Assembly (NCBI GenBank): GCA_022820625.1
Contig: JAJEFE010000077.1
Coordinates: 96,126-160,125 of the forward strand
DNA: 64,000 nt
Origin: Gammaproteobacteria bacterium
GTDB taxonomy: Bacteria; Pseudomonadota; Gammaproteobacteria; Steroidobacterales; Rariloculaceae
Direction: 5' to 3'
A program made the translations under genes and the position numbers. The notes beneath the pieces were generated by a model. That model had not been told where the DNA came from. It worked only from the letters and a program-made list of their open reading frames with translations, and did not search any database. Below are positions 52,993-62,414 of this stretch, one piece after another. Positions within the stretch are counted from its first letter, which is position 1; each line of letters opens with the position of its first letter.

Positions 52993-53505
52993 ATGGAAAT
53001 CATTCTGTTGGAGAACATCGATCATGTCGGCAAGTTCGGCGAGCGCGTCACGGTGAAACCCGGTTACGCGCGCAACTATCTGCTGCCGCAGGGCAAGGCG
53101 ACTGCCGCGACACCCGAAAACATTGCCAAGTTCGAGGCGCGCCGGGCTGAACTGGCGGCCAAGGCGGCGGATCTTGTCGAGCAGGCGCGCATCCTCGCCG
53201 AGCAGATTCAGGGCCGGACGGTCACCATTCACGCCAACACCGGGCCCGAAGGGAAGCTCTTTGGTTCCGTGGGCGCCGTGGATATTGCCGATGCCCTGGG
53301 GGAGCGTGACATCACGGTCGAACGCAGCGCAATCCGCTTGCCGGACGGGCCGATTCGCGTCGTGGGGGAGTACACGATCGAAGTGCATCTGCATGTGGAC
53401 ATCGATGCGGAATTGACGGTCGTCGTTGATGGCTCGTCCGATTTGGCGGATATTCCGGAGGATACTGCCGAACCGGAAGAGACAGGCGACGACTACGACG
53501 AATAA
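52993..53505 (+). CDS. rplI: 50S ribosomal protein L9 (short acidic C-terminal extension)
   Basis: MEIILLENIDHVGKFGERVTVKPGYARNYLLPQGKA... Confidence 0.95.
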   Translation: MEIILLENIDHVGKFGERVTVKPGYARNYLLPQGKATAATPENIAKFEARRAELAAKAADLVEQARILAEQIQGRTVTIHANTGPEGKLFGSVGAVDIADALGERDITVERSAIRLPDGPIRVVGEYTIEVHLHVDIDAELTVVVDGSSDLADIPEDTAEPEETGDDYDE

Positions 53506-53588
53506 ATCGCCGCACGACCCGGTTCCGGGACGCGCCTCGCAAGGACCGCGTGTGCTAAGCTGAATCGACGAAAAAACGCCCCTGGACC

Positions 53589-54983
53589 ATGGCCGAAGTC
53601 CTGTCCACAACCCAGCTTGGTTCACCCGTACCGGTACCGCGCCAGCCGCCTCATTCCGAAGACGCGGAGCAGTCGCTGCTGGGCGGTATCATGCTCGAGG
53701 AGCGGGCCTGGGACCGGATCGCGGATGTCGTCGGCGGAAAGGATTTCTACCGACCGGATCACAGGTTGATTTTCGCTGCCATGGGCGATCTTGTAGAGCG
53801 GAACCAGCCGCTCGATGCCATCACCGTGGGCGATCACCTGCAGCGGCAGGACAAGCTGGACGATGCCGGCGGCCGCGCCTACCTGGCGCGCCTGGTAGGG
53901 AACACGCCCGGAGCCGCCAATATTCGCCGCTATGCTTCCATCGTGCGTGAGCATGCCATGCTTCGCCAGTTGATCGAGGTGGGCGGTGATATCTCCGCCA
54001 GCGCCTTCGAATCCGAAGGCCGCCAGGTGGAGGAACTGGTGGATCAGGCCGAGCAGCGCGTGTTCGAAATCGCCGAACGCGGCCAGCGCAGCGGCGCCGG
54101 CTTTATCGCCGTGAAGGATATGGTCCAGCCCAGCATCGACCGGCTCGACGCCTTGAGCAAGAGCGAAGGCGGAATCACCGGTGTTGCAACCGGATTCGAG
54201 GACCTGGACAAGCTCACCGCCGGGCTGCAGGGCGGAGACCTGATCGTGATCGCCGGCCGTCCGTCCATGGGCAAGACCACGCTGGCTCTGAACATCGCGG
54301 AAAACGCAGCCATCGGCCATGACCTGGCGACGGGTGTGTTCAGCATGGAAATGCCCAAGGAGCAGGTCGCCATGCGGATGATCGGCTCCATTGGCCGTGT
54401 GAACCAGTCGCACCTGCGGTCGGGCCGGTTGACGGAGGACGACTGGACGCGCATCAATTCGGCCGGATCGATGATGTCGCACGCACCCATTTTCATCGAC
54501 GATGCGCCGGGGCTGACGCCAATAGAAGTTCGTGCCCGGTCGCGCCGGCTCAAGAGAGAGCACGGGTTGGGGATGGTGGTCGTGGATTACCTGCAGCTGA
54601 TGCAGGTCGGCGGGTCCATCGAGAATCGCGCCACCGAGATTTCCGAGATTTCGCGTTCGCTCAAAAGCCTGGCGCGGGAGTTGAGCGTTCCGGTCGTCGC
54701 GTTGTCGCAGCTCAACCGAAGCGTCGAGCAGCGCAACGACAAGCGCCCGGTAATGTCCGACCTCAGGGAATCGGGCGCCATCGAACAGGATGCCGATGTC
54801 ATCATCTTCATCTATCGGGAAGAAGTCTACGATTCAGAGACGCCCAGGAAAGGCGTGGCCGAAATCATCATCGGCAAGCAGCGAAACGGCCCGACCGGCA
54901 CGTTTCTGCTGACGTTCAAGGGCGAGTTCACGAGATTCGAAAGCCACATCCCGGAAGATTACAGCGAGGGGGTTTACGGGTAG
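53589..54983 (+). CDS. dnaB: Replicative DNA helicase DnaB
   Basis: PPHSEDAEQSLLGGIML, GDLIVIAGRPSMGKTTLALN (Walker A), VVDYLQLM, LSQLNRSVEQR and RESGAIEQDADV. Normal length, no intein. Confidence 0.95.
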   Translation: MAEVLSTTQLGSPVPVPRQPPHSEDAEQSLLGGIMLEERAWDRIADVVGGKDFYRPDHRLIFAAMGDLVERNQPLDAITVGDHLQRQDKLDDAGGRAYLARLVGNTPGAANIRRYASIVREHAMLRQLIEVGGDISASAFESEGRQVEELVDQAEQRVFEIAERGQRSGAGFIAVKDMVQPSIDRLDALSKSEGGITGVATGFEDLDKLTAGLQGGDLIVIAGRPSMGKTTLALNIAENAAIGHDLATGVFSMEMPKEQVAMRMIGSIGRVNQSHLRSGRLTEDDWTRINSAGSMMSHAPIFIDDAPGLTPIEVRARSRRLKREHGLGMVVVDYLQLMQVGGSIENRATEISEISRSLKSLARELSVPVVALSQLNRSVEQRNDKRPVMSDLRESGAIEQDADVIIFIYREEVYDSETPRKGVAEIIIGKQRNGPTGTFLLTFKGEFTRFESHIPEDYSEGVYG

Positions 54984-55097
54984 GCGACGGGCTGCCAGGC
55001 GGGAACGCTGCCTCGCGCAGCCACCGGGTTCGCATAGCCGCCCCCATACAGCCTCCGTCGCGCAGCCGCCCCCGATTCAAGGTGATATTCTCCACCG

Positions 55098-56483
55098 GTG
55101 GCCAAGCCTAAACGACTCTATGCCTGCTCATCCTGCGGCGCCCGGCAACTCAAGTGGCAGGGGCAGTGCCCGGACTGCGGTGAGTGGAACACGCTGACGG
55201 AAGCCACGCCGGCGCGGCCCGGTCGCGTCGTACGCGGCGTTGCTGCGCCCGGTGCAGCCTCATTAACGCGTCTGGACAGTCTGGAGGTGGCCAGTGTGCA
55301 TCGCCGCAGCAGCGGGCTCAGGGAACTGGATCGTGTCCTCGGCGGCGGCCTGGTGCCCGGCGCCGTGGTCCTCATCGGCGGCGATCCCGGGATCGGCAAG
55401 TCCACGCTGCTGCTCAGCGCCATTGCCAACCTCAGTCGAGATGGCGGCGGTTGTTACGTGACCGGGGAGGAATCGCTCGATCAGATCGGCCTTCGCGCCG
55501 ACCGGCTGGGCGTCGGGCAGGCACCGGTGCAGTTGCTCTCGGAGACCTGCGTTGAAAGCATCATCGGCACGCTGTCCCCGAATCCTCCGGAGGTTCTGGT
55601 CATCGATTCCATCCAGACGCTGTTCAGCGAGAACCTGGAATCCGCTCCGGGCTCCGTCGCTCAACTTCGCGAATGCGCCGCGCAACTGGTCCGGTTTGCC
55701 AAGCAGCAGGGCGTATCCACCGTTCTCGTCGGCCATGTGACCAAGGAAGGCACACTGGCAGGACCCCGGGTACTGGAGCACATGGTGGATACCGTGCTGT
55801 ATTTCGAAAGCGACCTGGGCAGCCGGTTTCGCATCATCCGTACTGCGAAGAACCGCTTCGGCGCCGCCAACGAGCTGGGGTTTTTCGTCATGGGCGAGCA
55901 GGGGTTCAGGGAGGTCAAGAACCCTTCGGCCATCTTTCTCGCCCGCCGTACGCGGCCGGTGCCGGGGAGCACGACCCTGGTCACGCGCGAAAGTTCGCGC
56001 TCGCTGCTGGTGGAGGTGCAGGCGCTGGTAGATGCCAATGCCGGACAGCCGCCGCGCCGGCTTGCGCAGGGGCTGGACTCAAGGCGCCTGGGTCTGCTGC
56101 TGGCAGTGTTGCATCGCCACGCCGGTGTTTCCCTGGCCAACAGCGATGTATTTGCGAACGTGGTTGGAGGCTTGCGTGTCGGCGAGACGGCCGCAGACCT
56201 GGCGGTGTGCATGGCCGTGATCTCAAGCTACAGGGAAAGCGCAATTCCCGGCGACCTGGTCGCCTTTGGGGAAATCGGCCTCACCGGGGAAGTCAGGCCC
56301 GTGCCTTTCGGGGAAGAGCGTCTTCAGGAGGCCGCCAAGCACGGATTCAGGCAAGCGGTGATACCGATTGCAAACCGGCCGCGCGGCCAATGCCCCCTGG
56401 AGGTGATTCCTGTGGAGCGGCTTGATCAGGCGCTGGGCCGGGTGTTTCACAACCACACTTCACAACCGGCGGAAAAGCAGTAG
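55098..56483 (+). CDS. radA: DNA repair protein RadA/Sms
   Basis: GTG start. YACSSCGARQLKWQGQCPDCGEWNT zinc finger. GGDPGIGKSTLLL Walker A. KNRFG motif. Lon-like C-terminal domain. Confidence 0.95.
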   Translation: MAKPKRLYACSSCGARQLKWQGQCPDCGEWNTLTEATPARPGRVVRGVAAPGAASLTRLDSLEVASVHRRSSGLRELDRVLGGGLVPGAVVLIGGDPGIGKSTLLLSAIANLSRDGGGCYVTGEESLDQIGLRADRLGVGQAPVQLLSETCVESIIGTLSPNPPEVLVIDSIQTLFSENLESAPGSVAQLRECAAQLVRFAKQQGVSTVLVGHVTKEGTLAGPRVLEHMVDTVLYFESDLGSRFRIIRTAKNRFGAANELGFFVMGEQGFREVKNPSAIFLARRTRPVPGSTTLVTRESSRSLLVEVQALVDANAGQPPRRLAQGLDSRRLGLLLAVLHRHAGVSLANSDVFANVVGGLRVGETAADLAVCMAVISSYRESAIPGDLVAFGEIGLTGEVRPVPFGEERLQEAAKHGFRQAVIPIANRPRGQCPLEVIPVERLDQALGRVFHNHTSQPAEKQ

Positions 56484-56552
56484 AATGCGCACTCCCGCGG
56501 GCCGCAGCGGCGGCTGCGCCCGTAGATTCTCAACACAGGGGCCGGATCGAAC

Positions 56553-56807
56553 ATGGTAAGCATTCGTCTGTCACGGGGTGGCGCAAAGAAACGCCCCTTC
56601 TACCACATCGTCGTCACGGACAGCCGTAACCGGCGGGACGGCCGCTACATCGAACGACTGGGTTTCTTCAATCCGATCGCGACCGGTGGGGAAACCGAGT
56701 TGAACATCGATCTTGCGAGAGCCGACTACTGGATCTCCCAGGGGGCAGCGCCATCCGACCGGGTTGCCAGCCTGATGAAGAAGTATCGGCGCAGCGAGGC
56801 GTCCTGA
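56553..56807 (+). CDS. rpsP: 30S ribosomal protein S16
   Basis: [41 protein letters not shown]. Confidence 0.95.
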   Translation: MVSIRLSRGGAKKRPFYHIVVTDSRNRRDGRYIERLGFFNPIATGGETELNIDLARADYWISQGAAPSDRVASLMKKYRRSEAS

Positions 56808-56848
56808 GCGAACCCGCCGAACAGCCCAAGCCGATCCTGCTCGGTCGA

Positions 56849-57322
56849 GTGACCGGGCTTTACGGAGTGAAGGGATGGATCAAGGTTCACTCCTACACCC
56901 ACCCGCGAGAGAATATCGTGAGCTTCCGCCGCTGGACGCTGCGCCAGGGGGGTGACCGTGCGCCGGTGGCGGTGGAGGATGGCAGACTGCAGGGGCGGAC
57001 CGTTGTGGCCAAGCTTCGGGAGATCGACGATCGGGACGAGGCAAGGGCGCTGATCGGCGCGGAGATCACCGTCGAACGGGATGACCTGCCGCCGTGTGAG
57101 CCCGGCGAGTACTACTGGGCCGATCTGGAAGGGCTGGGGGTTCATACTGAATCAGGCGAGAATCTGGGTCATGTTGACTACCTGTTCTCCACGGGAGCCC
57201 ACGATATCCTGGTAGTCGCAGGCGATCGGCAACGTCTGATTCCGTTCGTCATGCAAAGAGTGGTTCGAGAGATCGATTTGAAGCGCGGTCTGATCGTGGT
57301 CGATTGGGATCGCGACTACTAG
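56849..57322 (+). CDS. rimM: Ribosome maturation factor RimM (coordinates from the first canonical start; the true start is probably upstream, see findings)
   Basis: GLYGVKGWIKVHSYT, EYYWADLEGLGV, and a PRC-barrel C-terminus. Position is between rpsP and trmD. Confidence 0.85.
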   Translation: MTGLYGVKGWIKVHSYTHPRENIVSFRRWTLRQGGDRAPVAVEDGRLQGRTVVAKLREIDDRDEARALIGAEITVERDDLPPCEPGEYYWADLEGLGVHTESGENLGHVDYLFSTGAHDILVVAGDRQRLIPFVMQRVVREIDLKRGLIVVDWDRDY

Positions 57323-57395
57323 GTCCGGTTACCTCGGAAAGCACTGGCGGGGGCTGGCGCGAGGTGCGGGGGCCGCAACGCACGGCAGGTACGGC

Positions 57396-58148
57396 ATGTT
57401 CCAATTGGCGGTCATCTCCCTACTTCCGGAATTGATTGAGCCGGTTTTTCGCGCCGGCGTCGTCGGGCGCGCCTGCGAACGGGGGCTGTTGTCCGTGAAC
57501 CTGGTTTCCCCGCGGGATTTCACTTCCGACCGCCACCGCACCACCGATGACCGTCCCTATGGCGGCGGGCCAGGCATGGTGCTCAAGTACGAACCGGTCA
57601 GGGACGCGATTCGAGCGGCGCGACGTGAATTGCCGAAGGAAAGCGCTGAATTTGTCTTGAGCGCAAGGGGCAGGAGATTCGACCAGTCCATGGCGCGAAA
57701 GTTGGCGGCAGGCTCCGGGCTCCTGCTGGTCGCGGGGCGCTACGAGGGCATTGACGAGCGAATCGTGACGGGCGAAGTTTCCGGCGAACTCTCGCTGGGC
57801 GACTTTGTGCTCAGCGGGGGTGAACTCGCCGCTGCGGTGGTCATCGACGCGGTGGCCAGGTTGCTGCCCGGGGTGCTCGGCCACGAGGAATCCGCGCTGC
57901 GCGACTCGCACATGGAAGGACTCCTGGGACATCCCCAATATTCGCGTCCGGAGACGGTGGACGGCATGAGCGTGCCCGACGAACTGCTGGGCGGCCATCA
58001 TGAAGCCATCCGGCGCTGGCGGCTCAAGCAGGCGCTGGGCGTCACCTGGCTCAGGCGGCCTGAATTGCTTGAACGTCGCGAGATGACTCCCGAAGAGCAG
58101 GAACTGCTGCAAGAATTCATGCGCGAACATAAGGTTGAGGGCCATTGA
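57396..58148 (+). CDS. trmD: tRNA (guanine37-N1)-methyltransferase TrmD
   Basis: DDRPYGGGPGMVL, LLLVAGRYEGIDERI and SLGDFVLSGGELAA. Confidence 0.95.
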   Translation: MFQLAVISLLPELIEPVFRAGVVGRACERGLLSVNLVSPRDFTSDRHRTTDDRPYGGGPGMVLKYEPVRDAIRAARRELPKESAEFVLSARGRRFDQSMARKLAAGSGLLLVAGRYEGIDERIVTGEVSGELSLGDFVLSGGELAAAVVIDAVARLLPGVLGHEESALRDSHMEGLLGHPQYSRPETVDGMSVPDELLGGHHEAIRRWRLKQALGVTWLRRPELLERREMTPEEQELLQEFMREHKVEGH

Positions 58149-58301
58149 AGTAAAATTTTCTGGCAGGTGTGACGCGGGTAAGGTACCCTGCGCTCCGCAA
58201 GGGCGAACGCGCCTTTCCCGCTAACGATTGTCGTAAGCGAGTCCGGACCCCGGGCGCCAGGTTGGCTGGCGGATGGACGGAGAAACAAGAGGAATTCAGC
58301 G

Positions 58302-58646
58302 ATGTCGAAACTCATCCAGGAAATCGAGCAGGAACAGCTGAATGCGGATATTCCCGAGTTTGGCGCCGGCGATACCGTCGTTGTTCAGGTCAGGGTGAAG
58401 GAAGGCAGCCGGGAGCGGCTCCAGGCCTACGAAGGCGTGGTCATCGCCAAGCGAAACCGTGGCCTCAATTCCTCCTTCACGGTTCGCAAGGTATCCCATG
58501 GAGAAGGGGTGGAACGAGTATTCCAGACCCACAGTCCCCAGATAGCCAGCATCACACGGAAACGCCGGGGCGATGTACGCCGGGCAAAGCTCTACTATTT
58601 ACGTCAGCGCAGTGGAAAGTCCGCGCGGATCAAGGAGAAGATCTAG
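58302..58646 (+). CDS. rplS: 50S ribosomal protein L19
   Basis: [47 protein letters not shown]. Confidence 0.95.
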   Translation: MSKLIQEIEQEQLNADIPEFGAGDTVVVQVRVKEGSRERLQAYEGVVIAKRNRGLNSSFTVRKVSHGEGVERVFQTHSPQIASITRKRRGDVRRAKLYYLRQRSGKSARIKEKI

Positions 58647-59499
58647 TCTTCTCACCGGAGCGCCCGCGGCGGCGGCTGCCGCCCTGCAGTTGTGTTTGCT
58701 CGGAGGCTGTGCGTCTTACATCGGGAACATGGCTGCCGACACGCTGTCTGCCGCAGTCCTCAATCAGGATGACCCGGATGTCGTGGAATCCGGGTTGCCC
58801 GCCTACCTTCTGCTCGTCGATGGGATGATCAGCCAGAACCCGCAACAGCCGGCAATGCTGGCGGCCGGAGCGGAACTCTACGCTCTCTACGGTTCCCGCT
58901 TCGTGGAGGACGACGAACGTTCGGCGTTCATGACAGCGAAAGGCCGGGATTACGGCCGGCGCGCCATCTGTCAGGCGTACAGTCGGGCCTGTGGCTGGGA
59001 GGGCCTGTCATACGACCAGTTCGTTTCCGAACTGGATGACGTGGGCCGGCGGCAGGTGCGCTACCTGTATGCATACGCCCTGAGCTGGCTGAGCCATCTG
59101 GATGCCACCAGTTCCGACTGGAACGCGGTAGGCGAGGTGCCCTGGGTGCAGGCCGCCATGGAACGTGTCGTGGCGCTGGACGACACGTACGATAACGGCG
59201 GCATACATGTTTACCTCGGTATGTTGTATTCCTTGCGGCCCCCGGCGTTGGGAGGACAGCTTGACCTGGCCAGGGACCACTTCGACCGCTCCATCGCGAT
59301 TTCCGGAGGGAGGGATCTGTCGGCAAAGGTGGAATACGCGCGCCGCTATGCGCGTATGGTGTTCGACAGGGAACTTCATGACCGATTGTTGACCGAAGTA
59401 ATCGAGGCGCCCGCGGAGGAGCCCGGGCGGACACTATTTAACGTGTTGGCTCAACAGGATGCGATAGAATTGCTCGCGTCCTCCGGGGACTACTTCTGA
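58612..59499 (+). CDS. TatT-like TPR lipoprotein component of a TRAP transporter; 5' end overlaps rplS
   Basis: Lipobox LLGGC preceded by [23 protein letters not shown]. The helical body ([16 protein letters not shown]...[17 protein letters not shown]...ARDHFDRSI...[19 protein letters not shown]) matches my recollection of the TatT family. Upstream in-frame starts are GTG 58612 and ATG 58573, both inside rplS. TTG 58690 would leave no signal peptide. Confidence 0.6.
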   Translation: MESPRGSRRRSSLLTGAPAAAAAALQLCLLGGCASYIGNMAADTLSAAVLNQDDPDVVESGLPAYLLLVDGMISQNPQQPAMLAAGAELYALYGSRFVEDDERSAFMTAKGRDYGRRAICQAYSRACGWEGLSYDQFVSELDDVGRRQVRYLYAYALSWLSHLDATSSDWNAVGEVPWVQAAMERVVALDDTYDNGGIHVYLGMLYSLRPPALGGQLDLARDHFDRSIAISGGRDLSAKVEYARRYARMVFDRELHDRLLTEVIEAPAEEPGRTLFNVLAQQDAIELLASSGDYF

Positions 59500-60584
59500 T
59501 GCAGGACGTCAAACACGAAAATTCGGCGATGCGACAGGGCTGTTACCGCGGGCTCCCTCGGGTGCGCCTGCAGCGGGGATTGCAATTGGCATCGCTGCTG
59601 CCACTGGCCGCATTCGCCGTCCAGGCGTTTGCGGTCGAGTTCAAGCTCGCCACCGTAGCGCCCGACGGTACGGCCTGGATGCGGGAGATGCGCGCCGGAG
59701 CGCAGTTGATCGAGGAACGGACCGGCGGCCGGGTTCAGTTCAAGTTCTATCCCGGAGGCGTCATGGGCAACGACGCCCAGGTGTTGCGCAGGATGCGCGT
59801 CGGGCAAATTCACGGCGGCGCGTTCGCGGTATCGGGAATGCTGGACCGCTACAGTGCGATCAGCCTGTACGGGGTGCCGTCGCTGATACGGTCGCACGAC
59901 GAAATAGACTATGTCCGCGAGCGCATGGATCCGGGCTTGCATGAGGGCCTGGAAGACTCCGGCTTCATCTCCTTCGGATTCATAGAAGGCGGTTTCTCGT
60001 TCATGATGGCCAATGAACCCATTCGCGGCGTGGAGGACATGCGCCGGCGAAAGGTCTGGATTCCCGAGGGCGATCAGGCAAGCATCATGGCGCTGGAGGC
60101 GTTGGGGTTATCACCAGTCGTACTGCCGATCACCGACGTTCTCACCGGTTTGCAAACCGGCCTTCTGGATATTGTGGCGGCTCCGCCAACGGTCGCGCTG
60201 GTTTTGCAGTGGCACACAAAGATCAAATACGTCACCGATCTGCCGGTGGTGTATTCCATGGGTATTTTCGCATTGGACGCGCGGACGTTCCGGCAATTGC
60301 CCGAAGGCGATCAGCAGGTCGTTCGTGAAGTCATGACGGATGTCGTTCAGCGCCTGGACCGCCAGGCCCGGGCAGACAATGCGCAGGCCCGGCAAGCGAT
60401 GGAGAACATGGGGATCGAATTCGTTTCGGTCGACCCGGCCGATGTGTCGGAATGGCGGGCGACCATCTCCGGCGCAATGCCCCAATTGATCCAGCGCAAC
60501 ATAATCGACGCCCGATTCTATGACCAGTTACAAGGCATCCTTGAAGAGTATCGGCATGGCGGAAGCGCCGGTACGGAACCTTAG
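59499..60584 (+). CDS. TRAP transporter substrate-binding protein (DctP/TatP-like)
   Basis: Start overlaps the upstream stop (TGATG). Signal peptide. FKLATVAPDGTAWMREM...FKFYPGGVMGND...RKVWIPEGD. Confidence 0.85.
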   Translation: MQDVKHENSAMRQGCYRGLPRVRLQRGLQLASLLPLAAFAVQAFAVEFKLATVAPDGTAWMREMRAGAQLIEERTGGRVQFKFYPGGVMGNDAQVLRRMRVGQIHGGAFAVSGMLDRYSAISLYGVPSLIRSHDEIDYVRERMDPGLHEGLEDSGFISFGFIEGGFSFMMANEPIRGVEDMRRRKVWIPEGDQASIMALEALGLSPVVLPITDVLTGLQTGLLDIVAAPPTVALVLQWHTKIKYVTDLPVVYSMGIFALDARTFRQLPEGDQQVVREVMTDVVQRLDRQARADNAQARQAMENMGIEFVSVDPADVSEWRATISGAMPQLIQRNIIDARFYDQLQGILEEYRHGGSAGTEP

Positions 60585-60613
60585 CGAACTCTCCACATGC
60601 TGTTGAGCGTGGC

Positions 60614-61105
60614 GTGAACGCCCGGCACGCGCGTTGGCTGCAGCAGGCGGACCGCTGGGGCCGCTGGCTGGAAAACGCCGTTCTGTTCTTCCTGCTGGGA
60701 GGTCTGATCGTGCTGTCCGCCAGCCAGATCGCGCTTCGCAATATCTTCTCCACGGGATTGCCGTGGGCGGATCCTGCGGTTCGCATGATGGTCCTTTGGC
60801 TGGCATTGGCCGGCGGGATCGCCGCAGGACGGGATCGCAAGCAGATCGCCATCGACGTGGTGACCCGGCTGCTCCCGGAGCGCGCGCGCCGTATAGCCGA
60901 AACGGCCACTTGCCTGTTCACGTCCGCCATCACCACCGCGATCGCATGGCATTCGCTGCGCTTCGTGCGGGATTCCTACGCATTCGGGGATACGGTGTTC
61001 GGCGTTTGGCCCGCGTGGATTTTCCAGATCATCCTGCCCATCGGATTCGCGGCCATCGCCTACCGCTATTTTGTGCGAGCCCTGATGCCGGGGCCGGATC
61101 GATGA
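60614..61105 (+). CDS. TRAP transporter small permease (DctQ-like)
   Basis: GTG start. Four hydrophobic spans. Position between the binding protein and the large permease. Confidence 0.8.
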   Translation: MNARHARWLQQADRWGRWLENAVLFFLLGGLIVLSASQIALRNIFSTGLPWADPAVRMMVLWLALAGGIAAGRDRKQIAIDVVTRLLPERARRIAETATCLFTSAITTAIAWHSLRFVRDSYAFGDTVFGVWPAWIFQIILPIGFAAIAYRYFVRALMPGPDR

Positions 61106-62361
61106 TCCTCACCGGCCTGCTGCTGCTTGCACTGGTGCTGCTCGGGGCGCCGTTGTTCTCCGTGATCGCGGCCAGCGCCATGCTGGGATTCTATCGCTCC
61201 GGCATCGACCTGTCGGTCGTCGCCATCGAATTTTTCGGAATCTCGGAAATGCCCATCCTGGTTGCCATTCCGCTGTTCACCTTCGCCGGGTTCGTGCTCA
61301 GCGAGAGCGGCAGCGCCAGGCGGCTGGTACGCCTGTCCAACGCCCTCCTGGGATGGCTCCCCGGGGGGCTTGCGATCATCTCGCTGGCCGCCTGTGCGCT
61401 CTTTACCGCCTTTACAGGCGCATCCGGCGTGACCATCGTCGCCCTTGGTGCGCTCCTTTACCCGGCGCTGTCCCAGGCGGGATACGAGGACCGTTTCAAC
61501 CTCGGGCTCATCACCACCTCCGGCAGCCTGGGACTCCTGTTCGCGCCTTCCTTGCCGTTGATTCTCTACGGGATCGTCGCCGGCGTTTCCATCGATCAAC
61601 TGTTTCTTGCGGGAATCCTGCCCGGCATGCTGATGCTGGTCGTGCTGTCGGGCTACAGTTTCTGGAAGAACCGGCATGTGCGGCAGTCGTTGTCAAAGGC
61701 GTCCGGGGCGGAAATCGCAGGCGCCCTGCGCGAGGCGATATGGGAGTTGCCCCTGCCGGTAATTGTGCTCGGAGGAATCTACAGCGGCTACTTCGCGGTT
61801 TCGGAGGCTGCGGCCGTGACCGCCCTGTACGTCATCCTCGTGGAGATGATCATCTTGAGGGAGATTCCGTGGCGGGAGCTGCCCCGGATCATTCGCGAGT
61901 CGATGGTGCTGGTGGGGGCGATCCTGATGATTCTCGGCGTGTCGCTGGCCTCGACCAATTACATGATCGACGCGGGCGTGCCCCAGCGCCTGTTCGAGAT
62001 CATCGATACCTATGTATCCGGGCAGGGGACGTTCCTGCTGGCGTTGCTGATCTTCCTGCTGATCCTCGGCGCTCTCCTCGACATTTTCTCGGCGATCGTC
62101 CTGGTGGTTCCGCTGATTCTCCCGGTCGCTTCGCTCTACGGCGTTCACCCGGTTCACCTGGGCATCATCTTTCTGGCTGCCATGGAACTGGGATACCTCA
62201 CGCCTCCGGTGGGATTGAACCTGTTCATCTCGAGCTTCCGGTTCGAACGCAGCATCGCTGACGTCTTTCGGGCAACCTTCCCGTTTTTCATCCTGTTGCT
62301 GATCACCGTGGTCGTCATTGCCTATTGGCCCGGACTTTCCCTGGTCCTCTTGAACTTGTAG
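61102..62361 (+). CDS. TRAP transporter large permease (DctM-like)
   Basis: ATG 61102 overlaps the dctQ stop (ATGA). MILTGLLLLALVLLGAPLF..., polytopic. The ORF-track start 60634 runs through dctQ in another frame and was rejected. Confidence 0.9.
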   Translation: MILTGLLLLALVLLGAPLFSVIAASAMLGFYRSGIDLSVVAIEFFGISEMPILVAIPLFTFAGFVLSESGSARRLVRLSNALLGWLPGGLAIISLAACALFTAFTGASGVTIVALGALLYPALSQAGYEDRFNLGLITTSGSLGLLFAPSLPLILYGIVAGVSIDQLFLAGILPGMLMLVVLSGYSFWKNRHVRQSLSKASGAEIAGALREAIWELPLPVIVLGGIYSGYFAVSEAAAVTALYVILVEMIILREIPWRELPRIIRESMVLVGAILMILGVSLASTNYMIDAGVPQRLFEIIDTYVSGQGTFLLALLIFLLILGALLDIFSAIVLVVPLILPVASLYGVHPVHLGIIFLAAMELGYLTPPVGLNLFISSFRFERSIADVFRATFPFFILLLITVVVIAYWPGLSLVLLNL

Positions 62362-62414
62362 CCCACGGCGGGTCAAACTCCGGTTATGGGCATCTCAAAA
62401 AATGTGAGTAGTCG

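Noticed and set aside
54984-55097. Short direct repeats (tcgcgcagcc / agccgccccc) in the dnaB-radA spacer, and a bulged hairpin after radA (56495-56525).
   Set aside because: The repeats are only about 10 nt and GC-rich, so they are easily explained by chance in this composition. There is no U-tract to support terminator calls.
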